In this document: in pieces, positions 53,362 through 63,160 of the stretch
How positions within the stretch are numbered: the stretch's first letter is position 1
Layout of the letters: each line of letters opens with the position of its first letter
NCBI GenBank assembly: GCA_023247035.1
Contig: JAHFHG010000005.1
Location: 7,515 to 71,514 of the forward strand
DNA length: 64,000 nucleotides
From: Candidatus Omnitrophota bacterium
GTDB taxonomy: Bacteria; Omnitrophota; Omnitrophia; Omnitrophales; Aquincolibacteriaceae
Direction of reading: 5' to 3'
Notes under the pieces: generated by a model
What the model was told of the DNA's origin: nothing
What the model saw: only the letters and a program-made list of their open reading frames with translations
Database searches by the model: none
Made by a program: the position numbers and the translations under genes

Positions 53362-53573
53362 TGAACGCGTTGTTTCTTTTTATCGTCCGCCAATACCGCA
53401 GGCTGATTTCGCCTCTCTTGGGAAGGCGCTGCCGGTTTTTTCCTTCCTGCTCCGATTACGCCGAACAAGCGCTGATGAAAAAATCAGCGCCGCGGGCCTG
53501 CGGGCTTATTTTCAAAAGACTTCTGAAGTGCCACCCCTTTTATTCTGGAGGCTATGATCCCCTTGAATCCTGA
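53361..53573 (+). CDS. yidD: Membrane protein insertion efficiency factor
   Basis: ISPLLGRRCRFFPSCSDY, KCHPF..GGYDP. Confidence 0.95.
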   Translation: MNALFLFIVRQYRRLISPLLGRRCRFFPSCSDYAEQALMKKSAPRACGLIFKRLLKCHPFYSGGYDPLES

Positions 53574-55209
53574 ACGGAAACCGGACCGGAATTACTGGAT
53601 CTTTTTAGCCTTATCAATGATCGTTTTGCTGGCGTATCCGTTTTTTCTAAAAAAAGCCGGCCGCCACGCCAATCCGCTGCCTCAAGAAGAAATTTCCCAA
53701 TCGTCGGCAAAAAGCTACGCCGGGAGGCGGCTGCAGAGCGCTTTAACCACTCCCGAAGGGCCTTTTTTAGAAAGGGCCGCGGCCCCCGCCATTATTCCTT
53801 TTGAGAATGATTTATATGAGGTGAAATTTTCCACCCTGGGCGCATCAATCGTGTATTTAAAATATAAGGGCCAAAACGGAAAACACCGGCTGCCGCCGAC
53901 GCTTTTCTATGAGGGAGAAACAGACGCCTCGGGTCTTTTCGGGACCCGTCTTTCCAACGAAGAAGTGGAATTAACGGAAGCGCAATTCAAGCTTTACCAT
54001 CGTGACGCCCAGGACCAAAGCTTTACTTTTATTTATGAAAAGCCGGAGGAATACCGGCTGGTCAAACAGTACAAGTTTCCCGCTGAAAAGCCGGCGATCC
54101 AGATCAATATTTCCGTTGAAAATTTATCGCCGAGGGAAAAACATTTTCCGCTGGAATTTTTTTACGGAATCGATACTCAAGGGCAGACGCCGCAAAGCGA
54201 GCCCGAGGCCCTTGTCTTTGAGGATAAGGTCAGGTCTGAAAAATTGGGAAGGATTTCGAAAAAGGGATTTCAAGTTTCAGGTCAGATCCAGTGGGCCGGA
54301 CTTTTAAAAAAATACTTTGCGGTCCTTGTCAAGCCGGACTGGAAAATTATTGCGCAGCAGGCGTATTTTAAGCCTCCTACCCTCTGGTCTCAGCTCAAAA
54401 TGGAGCCCCTTTCTTTAGCTCCCGGTGAAAAGGCCGCGAAAGGATTTTTGATTTACGCCGGCCCGCAGCAGTACGAGACGCTTCGGAAATTTGACGTGGA
54501 TTTTGAGCACGTGCTCTCTCGCGGGTTTTTTGGAATCTTCAAGATCTGGTTTTTGATCGCGCTGAAATTTCTGACTCAATTCACGCACAATTACGGCTGG
54601 GCCATTATCCTTTTGACGCTTGCCCTGAAGGGAGCTTTTACTCCCCTCACGCACATGAGTTATGAGTCGATGCGGAAGATGCAGGCGCTTCAGCCCAAGC
54701 TGAAATCCCTTCAGGAAAGATATAAAAAAGATCCCACCAAACTTCAGCACGAAATGATGCAGCTTTACCGGCGTAATCACGTTAATCCGATGGGCGGCTG
54801 CCTGCCGATGCTCTTGCAGATACCGATTTTTATCGCGTTTTACCAGGTTTTAAACGAAACAGTCGAAATCAAGGGCGCGCCTTTTATTTTTTGGATTCAA
54901 GATTTGTCCGAACCCGACCGGCTTTTTCATTTCCCGTTCATGATTCCTTTGATCGGGCAGAGTTTTAATCTCCTTCCCCTTCTGATGCTGGGCTCGATGG
55001 TGTGGCAGCAAAAACTCACTCCCCAGGCCGGCGCGACTCCCGAACAAACGAAGATGATGGCCTTTATGCCGCTTATTTTTGGATTTTTGTTTTATCAAAT
55101 GCCTTCCGGATTAGTCCTCTACTGGTTTATCAATAATATGCTGACCATTCTTCATCAGACGTTCATCAAAAAAATGGCCGTTGTCCTCCACCACGAAGAC
55201 CGCGAATAG
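53554..55209 (+). CDS. yidC: Membrane protein insertase
   Basis: YAGP, NYGWAIILLT, NPMGGCLPMLLQIPIF, WIQDLS, PSGLVLYW. Confidence 0.97.
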   Translation: MIPLNPERKPDRNYWIFLALSMIVLLAYPFFLKKAGRHANPLPQEEISQSSAKSYAGRRLQSALTTPEGPFLERAAAPAIIPFENDLYEVKFSTLGASIVYLKYKGQNGKHRLPPTLFYEGETDASGLFGTRLSNEEVELTEAQFKLYHRDAQDQSFTFIYEKPEEYRLVKQYKFPAEKPAIQINISVENLSPREKHFPLEFFYGIDTQGQTPQSEPEALVFEDKVRSEKLGRISKKGFQVSGQIQWAGLLKKYFAVLVKPDWKIIAQQAYFKPPTLWSQLKMEPLSLAPGEKAAKGFLIYAGPQQYETLRKFDVDFEHVLSRGFFGIFKIWFLIALKFLTQFTHNYGWAIILLTLALKGAFTPLTHMSYESMRKMQALQPKLKSLQERYKKDPTKLQHEMMQLYRRNHVNPMGGCLPMLLQIPIFIAFYQVLNETVEIKGAPFIFWIQDLSEPDRLFHFPFMIPLIGQSFNLLPLLMLGSMVWQQKLTPQAGATPEQTKMMAFMPLIFGFLFYQMPSGLVLYWFINNMLTILHQTFIKKMAVVLHHEDRE

Positions 55210-55310
55210 CGGATACTTTTTGCTACAGTTCGTTTTGATTTTATTGTAGACTGCCTCCGCGCGAATACTCCGCTATTCTCTCGAATCCAAAATCCTTATC
55301 GCCGTTGATC

Positions 55311-57146
55311 ATGACGAACAGCAGAAAATACGACTCTATTATCGTGGGCGCCGGACACGCCGGCGTTGAAGCTTCGCTTGCTCTGGCCAGGGCCGGCTAC
55401 GAGATCCTTTTGTTGACGATGTCGCTGGATTCGATTGCAAAGATGTCCTGCAATCCCGCTATTGGAGGACTCGCTAAAGGGCATATGGTCCGCGAAATCG
55501 ATGCCTTAGGCGGGGAAATGGGACGCGCTGCGGATGCAACGGGCATTCAATTCCGAATGCTCAACCGCTCCAAGGGGCCGGCGGTTTGGGCGCCCCGGGC
55601 GCAGGCCGATAAAAAGCAGTATTCTCTTTATATGCGGCGCGCGGTGGAACGTGAGCCGAATATTGATTTAAAGCAGGGCGAGGCGGCGGAGATTCTTATC
55701 AAAAATGGGGCCTGTTATGGGATTGTTACTAAAGATCAGGAAGTTATTTTTTCACAAACGGTTATACTCACCACAGGGACGTTTCTTCAAGGCCTTATCC
55801 ACATCGGAGACGTGAATTTTCCAGGCGGCCGCGGGGGCGAACAGCCCGCCGTAGGTCTATCGGCTTCGTTGAGGAACCACGGCATTGAACTTATCCGGTT
55901 TAAGACAGGCACTCCGCCCAGGCTGCAGGCGGCGAGCATTGACTGGGATAAAACCGAAGAGCAAAAAGGAGACGATCCGCCGCTACCCTTTTCCTTTAGA
56001 ACAGAAAAGCTGTTCGTGGATCAGCTTTCCTGCTATTTAACCTATACGAACGAAAAAACCCACGATTGGATCCGTAAAAACCTCCACCGTTCGCCTCTTT
56101 ATGCCGGAAAGATTACAGGCGCTGGCCCGCGCTACTGCCCTTCGATTGAAGATAAAGTCGTGAAATTTTCCGACAAGGCCCGCCATCAGATTTACTTAGA
56201 GCCTGAAGGAAGGGATACGGACGAAATTTATGTGAACGGGCTTTCGACAAGCCTCCCCGAAGATGTTCAATATGAAGTGGTGCATTCGATCCTGGGTTTG
56301 GAGAACGCAAAATTTATCCGTCTGGCTTACGCGATTGAATATGATTGTGCGCCGCCCACGCAGCTCAAACATTCCTTGGAAACAAAGAAGATCGAGAATC
56401 TTTTTTTGGCTGGCCAGATCAACTGTACTTCCGGATACGAAGAGGCTGCAAGCCAAGGTCTTATGGCAGGGTTGAATGTTATACAAAAATTGCGCCGGCG
56501 TCCCGCTTTTGTACTGGATCGCTCGGAAGCCTATATCGGCGTCCTTATTGATGATCTCGTAACTCGTGGCACTCAAGAGCCTTACAGAATGTTTACTTCA
56601 CGAGCAGAATTCCGGCTGCTGCTTCGCCAGGATAATGCAGATGAACGGCTAACAAAATACGGTTTTGAGTTCGGCCTTATTGAATCAGAGCATTTTGAAA
56701 AATTTCGAGAGAAATCCAAACGGATAAAAGAAGAAATCGTGAGATTAAAATCAACCCGTTTCGAAAACGGAACTTTGGATAGATTTTTGAAAAGGCCGGA
56801 GATTTCTTATCAAGATTTGATTCAAAGAGAAATGCACAGCACAAGTCTAAGCAATGAGGACATCGTTCATGTTGAAAATGAAATTAAATATGACGGGTAT
56901 ATTTCTAGGCAGCTTGCGGAAGTGAAGCGGTTCAAAAAAGTAGAGCAAAAGCAAATTCCAAATCATATTGATTATTCTAACATTGCTGGGATGAGCCGGG
57001 AGGCAAAGGAAAAACTAAGTAAACTCAAGCCGTTTTCTTTAGGCCAGGCAGCCAGAATTCCAGGGATTTCACCCTGCGATCTTTCTCTTTTAGCTGTTTT
57101 TATGGAGAAAAATGCTAGAAGTTATGTTTCACGTGAAACACAATAA
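55311..57146 (+). CDS. mnmG: tRNA U34 carboxymethylaminomethylation enzyme MnmG (GidA)
   Basis: GAGHAG, SCNPAIGG, KTGTPPR, GPRYCPSIEDK, YRMFTSRAE. Confidence 0.99.
   Translation: MTNSRKYDSIIVGAGHAGVEASLALARAGYEILLLTMSLDSIAKMSCNPAIGGLAKGHMVREIDALGGEMGRAADATGIQFRMLNRSKGPAVWAPRAQADKKQYSLYMRRAVEREPNIDLKQGEAAEILIKNGACYGIVTKDQEVIFSQTVILTTGTFLQGLIHIGDVNFPGGRGGEQPAVGLSASLRNHGIELIRFKTGTPPRLQAASIDWDKTEEQKGDDPPLPFSFRTEKLFVDQLSCYLTYTNEKTHDWIRKNLHRSPLYAGKITGAGPRYCPSIEDKVVKFSDKARHQIYLEPEGRDTDEIYVNGLSTSLPEDVQYEVVHSILGLENAKFIRLAYAIEYDCAPPTQLKHSLETKKIENLFLAGQINCTSGYEEAASQGLMAGLNVIQKLRRRPAFVLDRSEAYIGVLIDDLVTRGTQEPYRMFTSRAEFRLLLRQDNADERLTKYGFEFGLIESEHFEKFREKSKRIKEEIVRLKSTRFENGTLDRFLKRPEISYQDLIQREMHSTSLSNEDIVHVENEIKYDGYISRQLAEVKRFKKVEQKQIPNHIDYSNIAGMSREAKEKLSKLKPFSLGQAARIPGISPCDLSLLAVFMEKNARSYVSRETQ
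57125..57140. promoter_or_regulatory. parS site 1
   Basis: Perfect TGTTTCACGTGAAACA inside the mnmG 3' end. Confidence 0.95.
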
Positions 57147-57245
57147 GGCCACAATTTTTCTATCGCTATTCAAGAATTCCAAAAATTTGACGATTTAATT
57201 TAAAAATTATCCTATAATGATCCGGATTCTTTATCGGAAACGTTC

Positions 57246-57261
57246 TGTTTCACGTGAAACA
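57246..57261. promoter_or_regulatory. parS site 2
   Basis: Perfect TGTTTCACGTGAAACA just upstream of the parA RBS. Confidence 0.95.
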
Positions 57262-57272
57262 TGGGAGAAATT

Positions 57273-58115
57273 ATGAAAAATATATTTGCCTTTTGTAATC
57301 AAAAAGGAGGAGTCGGAAAGACAACCTCTGTGGTTAATATTTCGGCTGTTTTGGCTCAAGAATGCCAACGTGTTCTGGTTATTGATATGGATGCTCAAGC
57401 AAATGCAACAAGCGGATTTGGAGAAGAAAAGCCGGGTATAGAATTCACAACTTATCAACTTCTTGTGGAAAATGATCAGCCCCAAAAAGTGATTAAGAAA
57501 ACGGCTATTCAAAATTTGGATTTAATCCCCTCAAATACGGATTTATCAGGCGTGGAGTTGGATTTAATCTCCCGTCAAAGAAGGGAATACATCCTGAAAG
57601 AAAAGGTCAGCCTTATTTCAGCGGATTACGATTACATCTTTATCGATTGCCCGCCCTCGCTTGGCCTGACCACGATTAATGCTCTTTGTGCAAGCGATTA
57701 TTTAATCATCCCAATGCAGTGCGAATATTATGCCCTGGAAGGACTCAGCCACCTTTTAGGCACATTTCAGCTGGTCCAGAAAAACCTGAATCCTTCTTTA
57801 GAAATCGGCGGAGTCATTTTAACGATGGCGGATTTCCGCACCAACCTTACCCAGCAGGTCATTGAAGAGGTGAAGAATTTTTTCAAAAATAAAGTATTTG
57901 ATACAGTCATCCCGCGATCCGTGAGGCTTTCTGAGGCGCCGAGTTTTGGAAAGCCGGCCGTGATTTACGATCCGCTTGCAAAGGGATCAAAATGTTATCA
58001 GGCCATTGCTCGAGATTTTATGAAACGATTCGGTTCGAAAATGGAATTGAAGGAGCCGAAAACACCAGCCTGCGATCAGGAAAAAAGCCGCCAAAAAGAG
58101 GAGATCAAAATATGA
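57273..58115 (+). CDS. parA: Chromosome partition ATPase ParA/Soj
   Basis: NQKGGVGKTT, DCPPSLG, EYYALEG, LSEAPSFG. Confidence 0.97.
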   Translation: MKNIFAFCNQKGGVGKTTSVVNISAVLAQECQRVLVIDMDAQANATSGFGEEKPGIEFTTYQLLVENDQPQKVIKKTAIQNLDLIPSNTDLSGVELDLISRQRREYILKEKVSLISADYDYIFIDCPPSLGLTTINALCASDYLIIPMQCEYYALEGLSHLLGTFQLVQKNLNPSLEIGGVILTMADFRTNLTQQVIEEVKNFFKNKVFDTVIPRSVRLSEAPSFGKPAVIYDPLAKGSKCYQAIARDFMKRFGSKMELKEPKTPACDQEKSRQKEEIKI

Positions 58116-59017
58116 AGAAGGCCTTAGGAAAAGGATTAAGCGCTTTAATACCAGATAGTTATATAAATGAAATAAAATCTTTGTCTTCCTCACAGGCAAC
58201 AGACAATACGCCGGAAGCGGCCAGTTTTCAATTGATTCCTCTTTCTGATATTCTTATGAACCAGGATCAACCGAGGCGGGATTTCCAGGAAGCAAAAATA
58301 GAGGAGCTGGCGGCTTCGATCAAGGAAAACGGGATTTTACAGCCCGTTGTTGTAAAGCAGATTGAAAATGGAAAATATAGGCTCATCTGCGGCGAGAGAA
58401 GATTCCGGGCCGCGCGGCTTTGCGGATTAAACGAGATCCCTGCCGTGGTCAAAGACGTTGCTCCGGAGCGGTTTTTAGAATGGGCTTTAGTAGAAAATAT
58501 CCAGCGCGAGGATTTGAATCCGCTGGAAGAGGCCGAGGCTTACCGCAGGCTTGTGGAGGAGCAAACGCTTTCCCAAGATGAGATTGCAAAGCGTGTCGGC
58601 AAAGACCGCTCCACGGTTGCGAATATGCTGCGTTTGCTGAGGCTTCCTCAAGAAGTCAGCCAATATGTTGAGCAGGGAAGGCTGACTGCCGGGCACGCCC
58701 GCGCCCTTTTGGGGCTGCTGACGCCTGAGCATCAAAGGCAATTAGCGAAACGGATTGTCGAGGAAAATCTTTCGGTGCGCCAAGTGGAACAGATCGTCAA
58801 TCGAAGCGCGGCTCACAAACGCAGAGCGAAGCCGGCGCGGTATCTGGGGCCGGAAATTATGGATTTGGAAAACCGATTAAGCCGTTATCTCGGGACTCAA
58901 GTTAAAATTTTTTCTAGAAAGAGTCAAAAAGAAGGCCGCATTGAGATCCGCTATTTTTCTTTAGACGACCTGGAGCGGCTCCTTGATAAAATAGGGTTAA
59001 CCCCTTCCCAAATTTAA
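58112..59017 (+). CDS. parB: Chromosome partition protein ParB/Spo0J
   Basis: LGKGLSALI, QPR, GERRFRA, ENIQREDLNP, GHARALL; ATGA overlap with parA. Confidence 0.97.
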   Translation: MKKALGKGLSALIPDSYINEIKSLSSSQATDNTPEAASFQLIPLSDILMNQDQPRRDFQEAKIEELAASIKENGILQPVVVKQIENGKYRLICGERRFRAARLCGLNEIPAVVKDVAPERFLEWALVENIQREDLNPLEEAEAYRRLVEEQTLSQDEIAKRVGKDRSTVANMLRLLRLPQEVSQYVEQGRLTAGHARALLGLLTPEHQRQLAKRIVEENLSVRQVEQIVNRSAAHKRRAKPARYLGPEIMDLENRLSRYLGTQVKIFSRKSQKEGRIEIRYFSLDDLERLLDKIGLTPSQI

Positions 59018-59025
59018 AGTTAGAA

Positions 59026-59053
59026 TTGACACGCGAAGGTTCTATGATATAAT
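59026..59053 (+). promoter_or_regulatory. Consensus sigma70 promoter of the sugar locus
   Basis: TTGACA-N16-TATAAT with extended TG. Confidence 0.8.
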
Positions 59054-59139
59054 TCCAGAACTTTTCAAAAGCTTTAAAGATAAGTCGCTTTAATTAAATT
59101 CTTCACAAAAAATTTAATGTTTTCCGCGCCTCACAAATC

Positions 59140-60426
59140 ATGGATTTAAAAATTTTCCAGAAAATTTTTATCGCGATCCTTTTCACAATCCTTTCCGGAT
59201 GCGACCGTATGATCCCTCAAGAAAACGTAACGCCCGTGAAGGTCACTTTTTGGGGGAGCCCGGAAGAAATCGACATTATTACTCATTCGATAAGCGACTG
59301 GCAGGCCGCGCATCCGGAAATCAAAGTTGTTTTTGAACACACTCCCTACGGCGGTTATGACAGCAAAATCCTTACGCGGATTGCCGGCGGCGCCGCGCCC
59401 GACCTCATTGCAACCGAGGTTGATTATTTTGTCACCTTCGCAAGCAAAAAAGTTTTGGAGGATTTGACGCCTTATATCGAAAGCGACGTCGGGTTTTCGA
59501 AAGCCGATTTTTTCCCTACGATCCTGAACCGTTTTACCGTGGACGGCCGGATCTTGGCAATCCCGCGTGACGTGGCGCCTTTTGCCTGCGTTTTTTATAA
59601 TAAGGATTTGTTCAGCCAAGCCGGTCTTCCTTATCCCACGGACGATTGGACATGGGATGACCTGCTCCGCCTGGCCCGGGCGTTGACCAAGAAAGACGCG
59701 AGCGGCAGGGTTGTGCAGTACGGCTTTTACGGATGGGCGTGGCAGAATTTTGTTTACGGAAACGGCGGGGCCCTTGTCGATAATATCAACCATCCGACCC
59801 GCACCCTTATTGAAGATCCCAAATCCGTCCAGGGCCTGCAATTTTATTCCGATCTCGTGAACCTTTATAACGTGATGCCGGCTCCCGTAGCCTTGGCCAA
59901 TATGGGAATGGGCGTCGATCTTATGTTTGCAAGCGGAAGGCTGGCGATGTTTCTTTCCGGGATCTGGGAAACGCCGGGCTTGAGAAATTACAATTTCAAT
60001 TGGGACGTTGCGATGTTTCCCAAAAGTTCCAGCGGAATGCGTGCTTTTGGGTCCGGCGGATCAGGCTACGCGATTTTGAAATCTTCCAAACATAAAAAAG
60101 AAGCCTGGGAAGTGATTAAGGCTCTGACCGGGCCGAAAGGGCAGGAAAAATTAGCCGAGCGAGGGCTTGCCCAGCCTTCACGGATTTCGGTCGCAAAGGG
60201 TCCTTCCTGGGGAGAGCATCCGGCCCCTCCGGCCAATAAAAAAATGTTAAACGAAGCGGTAACGCACGTTGTTTTCAGCCCGTTTCATCCGCGCTGGCGC
60301 GAGATCGAAGAAAAGTACCTTAGACCTCAGCTTGATCTTGTTTTTAATGGGAAGGAAACCGCCGCCGAAGCCGCCCGAAAAATCGCCTCCCGAATGAATG
60401 CGGTTTTGCAATCCAAAGAAAATTAA
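59140..60426 (+). CDS. Sugar ABC transporter substrate-binding lipoprotein
   Basis: Lipobox LSGC; FYNKDLF..AGL..P...WTWDD, FASGRLAM, GGSGYAI. Confidence 0.92.
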   Translation: MDLKIFQKIFIAILFTILSGCDRMIPQENVTPVKVTFWGSPEEIDIITHSISDWQAAHPEIKVVFEHTPYGGYDSKILTRIAGGAAPDLIATEVDYFVTFASKKVLEDLTPYIESDVGFSKADFFPTILNRFTVDGRILAIPRDVAPFACVFYNKDLFSQAGLPYPTDDWTWDDLLRLARALTKKDASGRVVQYGFYGWAWQNFVYGNGGALVDNINHPTRTLIEDPKSVQGLQFYSDLVNLYNVMPAPVALANMGMGVDLMFASGRLAMFLSGIWETPGLRNYNFNWDVAMFPKSSSGMRAFGSGGSGYAILKSSKHKKEAWEVIKALTGPKGQEKLAERGLAQPSRISVAKGPSWGEHPAPPANKKMLNEAVTHVVFSPFHPRWREIEEKYLRPQLDLVFNGKETAAEAARKIASRMNAVLQSKEN

Positions 60427-60498
60427 AAGTTGCCTTTTCGGCGCCCGCTTTTTGGAGGGATACGCCGCGAAATTATTTCTACATTGAAAGGATTAAAA

Positions 60499-62970
60499 AT
60501 GCCGAAGACAACGTTAGAAAGGAAAGCCAAAGCAGTGAGCAAAAATAAAGTAAAGACCAAACCGCCTCAACCTAAAGAGGAGCGGAAATTCGAATCGAAA
60601 TACGGGTATTTTACGGCCGACGGCCGTGAATATGTGATCACCCGTCCCGATACGCCGAGACCGTGGGTCAATGTGATTTGTAACGGGGATTACGGCATTA
60701 TCGAAACGCAGACCGGCTCCGGATTTTCTTGGCGGGATAATTCGAATCTTTCGCGCATTACGCGCTGGGAACAGGATCTGATCCGCGACAGCTGGGGAAA
60801 ATATATTTATGTCCGCGACAAAGAGACGGGAAAATTCTGGTCCGGAACCTGGAAACCCTGCTGCATGAAAATGGATTTTTATGAAGTCCGCCACGGCCAG
60901 GGGTACTCCGTTTTGAAAAGCCGGGTGAACGGCATCACCTTTGAAAAAACAATTTTCGTGGATGCCGAGGAGCCGGTCGAAGTCTGGAAAATCGTTTTAA
61001 CGAATGAAGGAACCCAAAAGCGGCGGCTGAGTTTGTTCACCTATTTTGAGTGGTGCTTGGGAAATGCGGGAGACACCCACCGTGAATTCCAGAAGACCTT
61101 TATCGAAACGCGCATTGACCGTAAAAACGGGGCGCTTTTCGGCCTGAAACGCGCGCCGCTTGTCCCAGGATTTATTTCTACGGGAATGACCGAAAAGCCG
61201 CTTGAGGCTTTTCACGCTTCCAACGTCAAGCCGGCAAATTATGAAGGGGACAAGGAAGCCTTTTTCGGGCGCTACGGCGAGATCCAGGCCCCGAAGGCTG
61301 TTGTTGAAGGGAAGTTGAATAATACAGAAGGCAAGTGGGGCGATTCCATCGCAAGCCTTCAGGTGGACGTTGAGCTGAATGCCAAGGAATCCAAAACAAT
61401 CATTTTTACGGTCGGCTCCACGCGCTCCCGCGAGCAGGCTGAAAGGATCATCAAGAAATATTTGAATCCAAAGAATGCGGACCGGGAGCTTTCAAAAGCA
61501 AAAGCCCTGTGGGATTCTTTTGTCAACGCCACCACGATTGAAACGCCGGATGAATCCATGAATTTTATGACCAATATCTGGATGAAATACCAAACCATTT
61601 CGGGGCGTTTGTGGGGACGCTGCGGTTATTATCAATCCAGCGGCGGATTCGGGTTCCGCGACCAGCTTCAGGACTGCCAGATTTTTTTTGCGACCAAGCC
61701 CGAGCTTGCCCGAAAGCAAATTCTGCTCCACGCCGAGCAGCAATTCCCGGACGGGACGGTTTATCACTGGTGGCATCACGGGACGAGTATGGGCGCGATT
61801 ACCCACTGCTCGGATGATCTTCTGTGGCTTGATTTCATCACCTTGAATTATCTGGATGAAACGGCGGATGAATCTATTTTGGACATCCAAGTAAAATTTC
61901 TTCCGGACCCGAAGACAAAAGAAGTCACGGAAGGGCCGCTTTACGAGCACTTGATCCGCGCGATTGACAAGGTGTTCACGAGATTTTCCGAGCGCGGCCT
62001 GCCGCTTATGGGCGAATGCGATTGGAATGACGGCTTGAGCCACGTCGGAATCCGCTGGAAAGGGGAATCGATTTGGCTGGGGCATTTTCTTTACGGGATC
62101 CTGACGCGGATTGCCCCTCTTATTGAAAAGCGCGGTGATAAAAAGCGTGCGGCGGATTATTTGAAGCGCGCCGGGGCGTTAAAAGAGGCCCTCAATCTTC
62201 ACGGCTGGGACGGAGAGTGGTATCTGGGCGCGACGCGCGACGACGGCCGTCCGCTCGGCAGCAAAACCTGCGACCAGGGAAAAATATTTTTGAATTGCCA
62301 AACGTGGGCCGTGATCACGGGCGTTGCTTCACCGGAGCGCGCAAAGCAAGTGATGAGCGCCGCGGCAAAGCACTTGTACCGGGAATACGGGCCGCTTCTT
62401 TTGACGCCGGCTTACCACGTGACCGACCCTACTATCGGATACATTACACGGTACGCGCCGTCGGTGCGCGAAAACGGAGGCCTGTATACGCACGCCGGAA
62501 CCTGGGCCGTGCAGGCTGAGGCGATGATGCGAAACGGCGAAAGGGCTTATGAGGTTTACCGGAGCTTTAATCCCGCGGTTCGCGGGCTGGATCCTGATCT
62601 CTATTTTGTGGAGCCTTATGTGACTCCCGGCAACGTGGACGGCCCGGACTCTCCGAATTTCGGACGCGGCGGGTGGAGCTGGTATACGGGTTCCGCAGCC
62701 TGGTATGCCGTAACCCTATTGAATTGGTTTTTGGGCATACGGCCTGTGAAAGAAGGGCTGTTGATTGATCCGGTGATCCCAAAAAAATGGCCCGGATTCC
62801 GCGTCAAGCGGCTCTTTCGAGGCGCCACATATTGGATCGAGGTTAAAAATTCCGGCGGGACCGGGCAGGGAGTAAAACAAATTACGGTTGACGGCAAAAA
62901 AATCGCTTCCAAGATTGTTCCCGCTTTTAAGGATAGTCGCGAACACCGCGTTGAAGTTGCGCTGGGGTAG
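60499..62970 (+). CDS. GH94 glycoside phosphorylase
   Basis: TPRPWVN, YQSSGGFGFRDQLQD, DWNDG, GESIWL, ENGGLYTHA, WYTGSAAW. Confidence 0.93.
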   Translation: MPKTTLERKAKAVSKNKVKTKPPQPKEERKFESKYGYFTADGREYVITRPDTPRPWVNVICNGDYGIIETQTGSGFSWRDNSNLSRITRWEQDLIRDSWGKYIYVRDKETGKFWSGTWKPCCMKMDFYEVRHGQGYSVLKSRVNGITFEKTIFVDAEEPVEVWKIVLTNEGTQKRRLSLFTYFEWCLGNAGDTHREFQKTFIETRIDRKNGALFGLKRAPLVPGFISTGMTEKPLEAFHASNVKPANYEGDKEAFFGRYGEIQAPKAVVEGKLNNTEGKWGDSIASLQVDVELNAKESKTIIFTVGSTRSREQAERIIKKYLNPKNADRELSKAKALWDSFVNATTIETPDESMNFMTNIWMKYQTISGRLWGRCGYYQSSGGFGFRDQLQDCQIFFATKPELARKQILLHAEQQFPDGTVYHWWHHGTSMGAITHCSDDLLWLDFITLNYLDETADESILDIQVKFLPDPKTKEVTEGPLYEHLIRAIDKVFTRFSERGLPLMGECDWNDGLSHVGIRWKGESIWLGHFLYGILTRIAPLIEKRGDKKRAADYLKRAGALKEALNLHGWDGEWYLGATRDDGRPLGSKTCDQGKIFLNCQTWAVITGVASPERAKQVMSAAAKHLYREYGPLLLTPAYHVTDPTIGYITRYAPSVRENGGLYTHAGTWAVQAEAMMRNGERAYEVYRSFNPAVRGLDPDLYFVEPYVTPGNVDGPDSPNFGRGGWSWYTGSAAWYAVTLLNWFLGIRPVKEGLLIDPVIPKKWPGFRVKRLFRGATYWIEVKNSGGTGQGVKQITVDGKKIASKIVPAFKDSREHRVEVALG

Positions 62971-63160
62971 ATTATTTTCACGGTGGAACGAACGGCCCCT
63001 CGCCTTCAATTGAAGACCTTCGGATCCGTCATCTTCGCGGGAGATCACACAGCGAGGAAATCCCTGCTTGTCCGGCAGGCAAGTGACCCATCCAAAATCA
63101 ATCTGAGAATGACAAATTAGAAGATCTTGGGGCAGCCTTGATTTTCTCCGATCAGGAATT

